64,000 nt of DNA. It comes from a virus. Below the pieces are notes generated by a model. That model ran no database searches. It was not told the DNA's origin and saw only the letters and a program-made list of their open reading frames with translations. The DNA lies in IMG/VR virus record IMGVR_UViG_3300017989_000002; one strand, given 5' to 3'. Position 1 is the stretch's first letter, and each line of letters begins with the position of its first letter. Shown in pieces: positions 56,771 to 63,401 of the stretch. The translations under genes were made by a program, and so were the position numbers.

Positions 56771-57407
56771 ACGAGACGACGACGCCGAAGGCCGCGGGAA
56801 GCGTGGGGTCCGGCAGGCTGATGTGCTCCAGGACCTCCCCCTCGCTGGTCTGGTTCGTCCCGACGAAGCCCTGGTCGATGGCCGTGACCTCGAGGGACGC
56901 CGCACCCACGCTCTCGGCACACAGGCCGGAGGTCCCGTGCAGAGCCACCGCCTCGTCGTCAGAGGCCACGGTCGCGTACTGTGGAGGGATCTCCGCCTCC
57001 GTCCCATCCGACATCTCGGCCACCAGGTCGAGAACGGCGACCTCGCCGACGTCCAGGAGGAGGGGGTCGTCCCCGTCGTACCGCACCACCTTGACGTAGG
57101 GGAACAGCCAGTCGATGAGGACGGCCTCGTCCTGGGCCGGGACCGTACGACGGAGCGTGATGTCCGAGCGGAACGGGTGGTCGATCTGCACCGTCGCGCC
57201 TTGGATGAGCTGGAAGGCCACGAGGCCGCTCCCGTCGCTCGTCGCCTCGACTCCCTGTCCCGTGACCCAGTTCATGGCGTCCGTCGTCATCGGAACCTCG
57301 AGGTTCCGGATGCGGAGAGGGATCCCCACGCGCGGGCGGCCGCTCACGTCCAGCAGGTAGCCGGCGATGGTGCAGAGGGCGGGAGGTACGGGGTCGGGAA
57401 GGGGCAT
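56769..57407 (-). CDS. Structural protein, beta-sandwich plus Ig-like (Big) domain; paralog of 59946..60245
   Basis: CTIAGYLLD...SDGSGLVAFQLIQG...VPAQD; C-terminal ASDDEAVA...AESVGAASLEV. Confidence 0.7.
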   Translation of the reverse strand: MPLPDPVPPALCTIAGYLLDVSGRPRVGIPLRIRNLEVPMTTDAMNWVTGQGVEATSDGSGLVAFQLIQGATVQIDHPFRSDITLRRTVPAQDEAVLIDWLFPYVKVVRYDGDDPLLLDVGEVAVLDLVAEMSDGTEAEIPPQYATVASDDEAVALHGTSGLCAESVGAASLEVTAIDQGFVGTNQTSEGEVLEHISLPDPTLPAAFGVVVS

Positions 57408-58129
57408 CAGGTCTTGACCTTGGCGAGAGCCCCCGAGGGCGAGGAAGACACGAGCTTTGGCGGCTTCGGGGCCTTGATCTTCGTGGTCCCGAAGCTGCCC
57501 ACGGACGCCTTGGGTAGAGTGGGCGGCTTCATCTTGACCTTGAAGGAGGGCGTCTTCGGCTTCGCCAGGGGCTTGAGCAGCTTCAGGGCCATCTTCGCGG
57601 CACCCGCCTGCTTGGACATGCCCTGCCGGCGGTAGAACTGGCCTCTGGCGGTGTTGTCCGGGTGAGGGCCCAGCACCCGACGGGTCTGACGGTCCACCAT
57701 CGCGCTCTGGCCGCCGAAGACGTGCCTCGCGCGGGACGCCCGGGCGGCCTCGATGGCGTCCACGAGGTGCTGCGACGGGACGTGGGTCACGCCGGCAGCG
57801 ACCTCGGGCTTGCCCAGCCCGAACATGCGAGACAGGACCTTCGCGTCAGCAAGGTCCGCTCGGCGAGCCATGACCTCTCGGCCCCGGCCTCCCCCCACCG
57901 CGGCAGTGCCGCCGAGCGCCGCCCCCAGCGCAGCGCCCCGGAGCATGCGCCCGATGCGCTCACGAACTTCGGGGCGCGTGAGGTTCCGGCCCTGGACCTG
58001 CCCTGTGTGGTCGCGCCAGAACTGCTCCTCCGAGGGCTCGTAGGTGGCGGCGCCCGTAGCGGCCCCGGCGGCCGCCCCTGGGGCAGCACCGAGAAGGAAC
58101 TCGAGGGCTCGGGCAGCCGCTGGCTTCAT
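57407..58129 (-). CDS. Basic Gly-zipper putative internal virion protein (MSKQAG)
   Basis: GGAGG RBS; GAAPGAAAGAATG and GAALGAALGG; Lys/Pro-rich tail after MSKQA. Confidence 0.65.
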   Translation of the reverse strand: MKPAAARALEFLLGAAPGAAAGAATGAATYEPSEEQFWRDHTGQVQGRNLTRPEVRERIGRMLRGAALGAALGGTAAVGGGRGREVMARRADLADAKVLSRMFGLGKPEVAAGVTHVPSQHLVDAIEAARASRARHVFGGQSAMVDRQTRRVLGPHPDNTARGQFYRRQGMSKQAGAAKMALKLLKPLAKPKTPSFKVKMKPPTLPKASVGSFGTTKIKAPKPPKLVSSSPSGALAKVKT

Positions 58130-58164
58130 GGGCAGACCTCCGTCGGGATACTAGCGTGGGAGGA

Positions 58165-58193
58165 TGAAATCCGCGAGACGAGCGGCGCACAAG
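58165..58193 (+). promoter_or_regulatory. Candidate sigma28-like promoter TGAAA-N13-CGGCGCACAAG
   Basis: Same spacing as 56595-56623; the downstream AGCTTG also resembles GGCTTG. Confidence 0.55.
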
Positions 58194-58216
58194 AGCTTGA
58201 GACCCAAGGAGGTTCC

Positions 58217-58915
58217 ATGCGTACCCTGACCATCATCATCCCGGCCGTCCTGCTCACCGGGTGCCTCGCCTCTCGAGGTACCGTCACCGTCGAGGACACC
58301 GGCCCCGAGGCCGCGGACACCTCGGAGGACATCGTCGACACCGGAGGGGCGGACACAGGCCTGCCTGAGGACAGCGACGAGGTCGAGCCGTGGATCATCA
58401 CGGGCGACCTGACCATCGAGAACAGCCGCGACCTCGAAGGCCTGGAGGGGCTCGCCGCAATCAACGGAGACCTGACCGTCCGCAACGTGGACTCCCTCCC
58501 CACGTTGGCAGATCTCCGTCAGGTCCGTGGCATGGTCGCGTTCGAGTTCACGCGCCTGCGGGACCTCGACGACCTGTCCAGCCTCGAGGACGTCGAAGGA
58601 CTGCGCTTCCGCTCGAACGATGACCTGGAGGACATCAGCGGCCTCGACGGCCTGCTGTCCCTCGGCCGCGTCGAGATGACGGACAACGACTCGCTCGAGG
58701 CGTTCTCCGCGGCAGTGCCGGGCCACCTGGACGTCCTCTTGGTGGTCGACAACGATGCTCTACGAGACCTCGGGACGCTGGAGGGCCTCGTCTCCGCCAC
58801 CGACATCCTGGTGACGGACAACGTCGGCCTCTGCCAGACCTACGCGTTCACCGCGTTGGCGGGACTCGCCGACGGCTTCTACGTCATCGAGGACAACGAG
58901 GGCGCCTGCCCTTGA
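58217..58915 (+). CDS. Lipoprotein with receptor L-domain/LRR-like repeats
   Basis: MRTLTIIIPAVLLTGC lipobox, DTG-rich linker, ITGDLTIEN / LEGLAAINGDLTV / N..L..L..L repeats; AAGGAGG RBS. Confidence 0.85.
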   Translation: MRTLTIIIPAVLLTGCLASRGTVTVEDTGPEAADTSEDIVDTGGADTGLPEDSDEVEPWIITGDLTIENSRDLEGLEGLAAINGDLTVRNVDSLPTLADLRQVRGMVAFEFTRLRDLDDLSSLEDVEGLRFRSNDDLEDISGLDGLLSLGRVEMTDNDSLEAFSAAVPGHLDVLLVVDNDALRDLGTLEGLVSATDILVTDNVGLCQTYAFTALAGLADGFYVIEDNEGACP

Positions 58916-58921
58916 GGACGA

Positions 58922-58973
58922 GCGCCGGCAGCAACGTGCTGCCGGCGCCTGAGCCTACGTCGCCTTCTTCGCT
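58922..58973 (+). terminator. Perfect 12-bp hairpin plus CTTCTTCGCT
   Basis: GCGCCGGCAGCA-acg-TGCTGCCGGCGC, 15 nt, CTTCTTCGCT. Confidence 0.7.
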
Positions 58974-59949
58974 ACGCGCCGGCGTACTGACGCAAGACCA
59001 GGCGCACCGCGTCCAGGGACGCCGGGGTCTGGTACCCCGCAGGTCCCGCCCCGATGTCCTCGAGGTCGCCCGTGGCGCAGAACAGCTCGAGGACGTACGC
59101 GTACGCGTACGGAATCAGATCCTGCAGAGGCGAGAAGGTGTGCGAGCTCCCTGCAGAATCGATCTCCAGTAGAACGTCCCGGCTCCCACTCGAAGACACC
59201 CGCACCAAGCGCAGCTTGAGACCTGTGGCCGAGTCGCCCCACTGCGGGTCGATCTCGACGAACTTCCAGTGCGCCGTCGCGTTGTTGAATCCGTCCAGCT
59301 TGTAGAGGATGTGACTCAGGTCGAGGCGAGCATACAGGTCCGTCTTCACCCCCGTGGTGTTCCACTGGATGACCCTCAGAGCACCAGAGGGCACCCAGTC
59401 TGCGGCCATCTGCACGACGATGGGCAAGCCTTCCAGGATGATGGGAAGGATGGGCTGGAAGGCCGACGCTGCGAACATCATCTCCACGTTGACGCCAGGC
59501 GTCGCGCTGCGCCAAGTACCGGACCCGGCGCGGTCGACGCTGACGTTGGTGCTGAGGATGAGGTTCTCGTCGTCCGTCTTCGTGCTCACCGTGAACGGAG
59601 TCTCGTCCCCTTGGATGTAGAAGTAGTCGCCTTCCTCCACATTGGCGAACTGCCCGGAAGGTCCACTGACGTTCGGAGAACCCGACGTGCAGGTCAGGGA
59701 GGAGCCGTCATCCGAGGCCGTCGAGTACTCCGTCCCGAACAGGTCACTGCCCGTGTCGGTTTCCGTGCGCACACCCAGGTGGGGCTGCAGGACTCCTCCT
59801 GAGCGGATGGCGACGTCAGGGAAGCCCTCCCAGGCGTATGCCCCTCGCGCGAACTCCAGAACGCCCAAGCCCTGGACCCGGGTCAGGCGGCTGGAGAATG
59901 CCTTGAAAGACCCGTCCATGAACCTGGAGATGGTGTCGCGAATGCTCAT
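58972..59949 (-). CDS. Structural protein with a VxxGD beta module
   Basis: 325-aa ORF in the coupled operon. Confidence 0.65.
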   Translation of the reverse strand: MSIRDTISRFMDGSFKAFSSRLTRVQGLGVLEFARGAYAWEGFPDVAIRSGGVLQPHLGVRTETDTGSDLFGTEYSTASDDGSSLTCTSGSPNVSGPSGQFANVEEGDYFYIQGDETPFTVSTKTDDENLILSTNVSVDRAGSGTWRSATPGVNVEMMFAASAFQPILPIILEGLPIVVQMAADWVPSGALRVIQWNTTGVKTDLYARLDLSHILYKLDGFNNATAHWKFVEIDPQWGDSATGLKLRLVRVSSSGSRDVLLEIDSAGSSHTFSPLQDLIPYAYAYVLELFCATGDLEDIGAGPAGYQTPASLDAVRLVLRQYAGA

Positions 59950-60245
59950 GTTGCCGCCACGGTGAAGGGATCGGGTACGTCGGACAGTAACGTGAAGAGG
60001 TCAGCCGTGTCCTCCGCAGGAACGTCGAACTCCCGCGACAGTCCGCGCTGCAGGATGGAGACTCGGACACGGATGCCCTGCACCAGGTCGAAGGACACCA
60101 GGCCGGCGTCATCGGACTCGTAGGTCCGCTCCTGGGCAGCGACGGACGTCACCGGCGTCGGAGGCACGTAGACCGAGACACGGACACCCTCGAGGGGTGC
60201 CTCCGCCTGGTCCGTGAACGTGCCGGTGATCGTGCAGGTGGCCAT
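59946..60245 (-). CDS. Small beta-sandwich structural protein
   Basis: TCTITGTFTD...SDDAGLVSFDLVQG...VPAED; paralog of 56769..57407. Confidence 0.7.
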   Translation of the reverse strand: MATCTITGTFTDQAEAPLEGVRVSVYVPPTPVTSVAAQERTYESDDAGLVSFDLVQGIRVRVSILQRGLSREFDVPAEDTADLFTLLSDVPDPFTVAAT

Positions 60246-60451
60246 CAGGAGCTCAAGACCTCGTTGAGGAGGGCAGACGCATCATCTGCTGCTACCTCTA
60301 CCACGTCTGGAACGACCTGCTGGGTGCCCAGCTTGATGCGGCGCAGCGCGTCCGCATCGGCCTCCACCTCCGCGACCCGGGCCACGCGGTACTCCTCCAG
60401 GGCAGCGACGGTGTCCTGCATCTGCGCGGTGGTCTCGGGAGACAGCGGCAT
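60245..60451 (-). CDS. Small helical protein coupled to the sigma gene
   Basis: MPLSPETTAQ; TGATG overlaps on both sides. Confidence 0.6.
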   Translation of the reverse strand: MPLSPETTAQMQDTVAALEEYRVARVAEVEADADALRRIKLGTQQVVPDVVEVAADDASALLNEVLSS

Positions 60452-61236
60452 CACATCCCCCGGCGCTTCATGCGCTCGTCGATCTTGCCCTGGATGCTGT
60501 TCCGGATGCGCGACACCGTGGGCGCGCTCACGCCCATCTTCTTCGCCGTCTGCGTGCCGTTGAGCTGGGGGCGCCCGTACATGCCGTGCTGGTACTCGAA
60601 GACGGTGCGCTCCCGCGGAGAGAGGTCCTGGTAGATGTACCGCATGATCTCGCGCTGGGTTCCGGAGCGCATGTCCTCGAGCTTGTCCGGCTCGGTGGCC
60701 GCCAAGGACTCGATGTGGTCGGCCCGGTTCACGTCGATGCGCATCTTGTCCACGTGAGAGGGGGTCCACTGGTTGGTGGCTCGAAGCCTGCCGGCCTCCG
60801 CGAGGCTGGTGTTCATCCTCTCGGCGATGGTCTGCGTGTCGGGCTCGTGGCCGAGCTCCTCCTCGAGCCCGGAGACGACCTCTCGGAACAGGCCGATCTG
60901 CCTGCTGCGCCGGTAGGGGATGCGCCCGATGTTGGCGTGCTTCGACACGTCGGAGTGCACGCCCTGGAGGTACTTGTAGACCCACGACTTCAGCTGGGTG
61001 TTGTGTCCAGGCTTGTAGGTCTGCAGGCCCTTCATGGCGTGGTGGTGCGCCGCCGCCAGAACCGCGGGCTCCGGGACCGGGCTGGTGCTGTACTTCGACA
61101 CCCGCTGATGGATGAGAGGCCTGATCTGCTCCATGAGCGGGATCAGCTTCTCCTCCGTGGGATCTTCTTTCCACGCCTGCCAGAGCTCGAGGTCTCGCTG
61201 GGCCTGCTGGAGCTTCTCCTTGCGGGACCACGCCAT
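60451..61236 (-). CDS. Sigma-70 family group-3 (FliA/WhiG/SigF-like) sigma factor
   Basis: Region 2 (PLIHQRVSKY...KGLQTYKP..TQLKSWV), RIP motif, region 3 (LEEELGHEPDTQTIAERM), region 4 (LSPRERTVF..HGMYG...QTAKKMGVSAPTVSRI). Confidence 0.88.
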   Translation of the reverse strand: MAWSRKEKLQQAQRDLELWQAWKEDPTEEKLIPLMEQIRPLIHQRVSKYSTSPVPEPAVLAAAHHHAMKGLQTYKPGHNTQLKSWVYKYLQGVHSDVSKHANIGRIPYRRSRQIGLFREVVSGLEEELGHEPDTQTIAERMNTSLAEAGRLRATNQWTPSHVDKMRIDVNRADHIESLAATEPDKLEDMRSGTQREIMRYIYQDLSPRERTVFEYQHGMYGRPQLNGTQTAKKMGVSAPTVSRIRNSIQGKIDERMKRRGM

Positions 61237-61239
61237 GCG

Positions 61240-61791
61240 TCAGTACCCCATCGACTGCGTCTTCTTGGGACGGGTGCCGAGGTAGAGCGCCCCGAGGCCG
61301 GCTGCGCCGAGACCTACGCCAGCCTTCGTGCGGAACTTGGAGGCCGACGCCTGCTGGGCCTTGGCCTGGGCCTCCTCCTCGGCCTTCTTCTTGGCCGCCT
61401 CGGCGGCCGCCTTGGCCTGGGCCTTCTCGGCGGGCGACTTCATGGCCGAGACGTCCCCGCCTCGACGAGCCCACCGGGCGGCGCCCACGGTGGCAGCAGC
61501 CTCGGCGTTGTCGCCCAGGTTGGCCGCCTGCCGGCGCGCATCGGCCTCGATTCCTCCGACCTCGCTCTTGAACTTCGCGCGCGCGCCCTTGAGCTTCGTC
61601 TTGGCGTTCTTGGCGTCGGTCCACGCCTGGGAGAAGGGGTTCCACCGGCTCATGCCGGCCCCCGCCTTGAACCGGCTGTGCGCAGCCTCCGCTCCCCGGA
61701 GCGCGGCCTGGGCGGAGCGCACCTTGGCGAACGAGGCGCACTTCTCCATCTCTGCGAGGAAGAACGGGGCAGCGTCGGGCGGGACGATCAT
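61240..61791 (-). CDS. Basic Ala/Lys-rich putative internal virion protein with FFLAEMEKCA leader
   Basis: True start MIVPPDAAPFF at 61791 (ATGA overlap, GAGG RBS); C-terminal GVGLGAAGLGALYLG. Confidence 0.75.
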   Translation of the reverse strand: MIVPPDAAPFFLAEMEKCASFAKVRSAQAALRGAEAAHSRFKAGAGMSRWNPFSQAWTDAKNAKTKLKGARAKFKSEVGGIEADARRQAANLGDNAEAAATVGAARWARRGGDVSAMKSPAEKAQAKAAAEAAKKKAEEEAQAKAQQASASKFRTKAGVGLGAAGLGALYLGTRPKKTQSMGY

Positions 61792-63386
61792 CGGGACCTC
61801 TCTCGGGCCTCCCGCGCCTTGGCGCGGAGCTGGCCTGCAGCAACGAAGGGGAGCGCCAGAGGCGCGGCGTAGGTGGCGAACGCGGGGATCTGCCGGGCCA
61901 GGGAGTGCATGAGCACTTTGCGTCCCGCGCCGGCGACGTCGCCGCCCACACGCTGAAGGTACTGCGCGGCCTTGTAGGAGGCCATCGCCTCCTCCGCGAG
62001 CTTCGGGCTGGCCACCAGGGCCGAGATCTTGCCCATGCTCTCCAGCCACGCCGCGCGCGCCTCAACGTCCTCGGGCGTCGCGAAGTCCTTCTCCGTGGTC
62101 GAGAGGAAGACCGCCAGCGGCAGCAGAGTCGAGGTGAGGGCGGCTGCGCGGTGGGCCTTGAGGGCGGTCTGGCTGCCGATGGTCGCCTGACGTACCCGCC
62201 CTGCCGTCGCGTGCCCGAGCTCGTGAGCGGCTACGCCGGCCGGGGAGTCGGGGGCCAGGAACATCTGCCCGGGCAGCGCCGCCTCGGATCCCTTCTCGCC
62301 CAGGTGGAGCGACACGGCCTTGGAGACCGCCAGCCGGTCGATGCCTTCCCGGAGGAGGATGTCTCGCTTGTCGACGGGCAAGCCTTCCAGGGCCTCGAGC
62401 GCGAGGTGGGGAGCGCCGAGCACCATGCCGAGGACGGCGACGTCCGCGATGCCCGGGCGCTGGGGCGCTACGGGAGGAGCTCCTTGAGCTCCGTCGACGA
62501 TGCCTCGGTACGTCGCCCGACGCATCGGCCCCATGCGCGCCTCCGACGACAGCGTCATCGCCTTCTTCGCTGCGACGTGAGTGGGCTGGGAGCCAGCCCA
62601 CTCGTAGGCGGCCAGATAGGCCCCGTAGGAGTCGCCCATCTGCTCGGCGGCCTTCTTCTCCATGCCCTTCTTCCGGGTGCCCGCCTTGGCGATCTCCTTC
62701 AGGAGCGCCGTGCCGACCACGCCGCCGGCGGCACGTCCGAGGCCCTTGGACATGGCCGCCCGACGTGCTCCCTTGGAGCGCAGGCCCTTGGCCAGCGCGG
62801 ACTCGCCCGCGCCCTCCGCAAGGCCGATGGCGCCGCCCACCGCGTAGGGCTTGACGGCGTCCTTCTTCCGCTGGGACTCGCTCTTGGGCTTGCGGTCCAG
62901 GGACTTGGCGATGGCCTTGGCGGTGAGGAGACCCCCTGCCGCCCCGGTGACCATGCGCGCACCGAACGCGCCCTTCACGGCCTTCCCGACCTGGGGCGAC
63001 CTGATGCCCTTGTCGATCGCCGCCTCGAGGCCGCCCTTGGTGGCGCTGAACGCGGTTCCGGCGCCCACCACCTTGGCTGCGCCTTCCCGCTTCTTCTTCT
63101 TGTCCTTGCTCTGCAGGTCCTCGATGCCCGAGAGGAACATCGGGGTCGTGACGGCCCCTACGCCGAGCCGGCTGATCGACTTCGCCTTCCCGAGACGGAG
63201 AGCGTCCTTGAGGCGGGGCTTCTTGCCCATCGCCGCCTGCTCTGTTCCCCTCTCGATGGCGCCCTTGGGGATGTCGCCGATCGCCTGCGCCGCCGCAAGA
63301 GGCAACGCAGCCACGGCCTTGTGGGCGTAGCTACGCTGCTTCTCTTCAGCGACCTTGACCATCGCTTCCGCTACCGGAAGGGCCAT
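61788..63386 (-). CDS. Gly-zipper protein with C-terminal HExxH zinc metallopeptidase
   Basis: GVAAHELGHA...LAEEAMAS..A...AFATYA resembles the neutral Zn peptidase (Zn_peptidase_2) pattern; MVKVA and MEKKAA motifs. Confidence 0.75.
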   Translation of the reverse strand: MALPVAEAMVKVAEEKQRSYAHKAVAALPLAAAQAIGDIPKGAIERGTEQAAMGKKPRLKDALRLGKAKSISRLGVGAVTTPMFLSGIEDLQSKDKKKKREGAAKVVGAGTAFSATKGGLEAAIDKGIRSPQVGKAVKGAFGARMVTGAAGGLLTAKAIAKSLDRKPKSESQRKKDAVKPYAVGGAIGLAEGAGESALAKGLRSKGARRAAMSKGLGRAAGGVVGTALLKEIAKAGTRKKGMEKKAAEQMGDSYGAYLAAYEWAGSQPTHVAAKKAMTLSSEARMGPMRRATYRGIVDGAQGAPPVAPQRPGIADVAVLGMVLGAPHLALEALEGLPVDKRDILLREGIDRLAVSKAVSLHLGEKGSEAALPGQMFLAPDSPAGVAAHELGHATAGRVRQATIGSQTALKAHRAAALTSTLLPLAVFLSTTEKDFATPEDVEARAAWLESMGKISALVASPKLAEEAMASYKAAQYLQRVGGDVAGAGRKVLMHSLARQIPAFATYAAPLALPFVAAGQLRAKAREARERSR

Positions 63387-63401
63387 GCGACCCTCCAGGC
63401 A

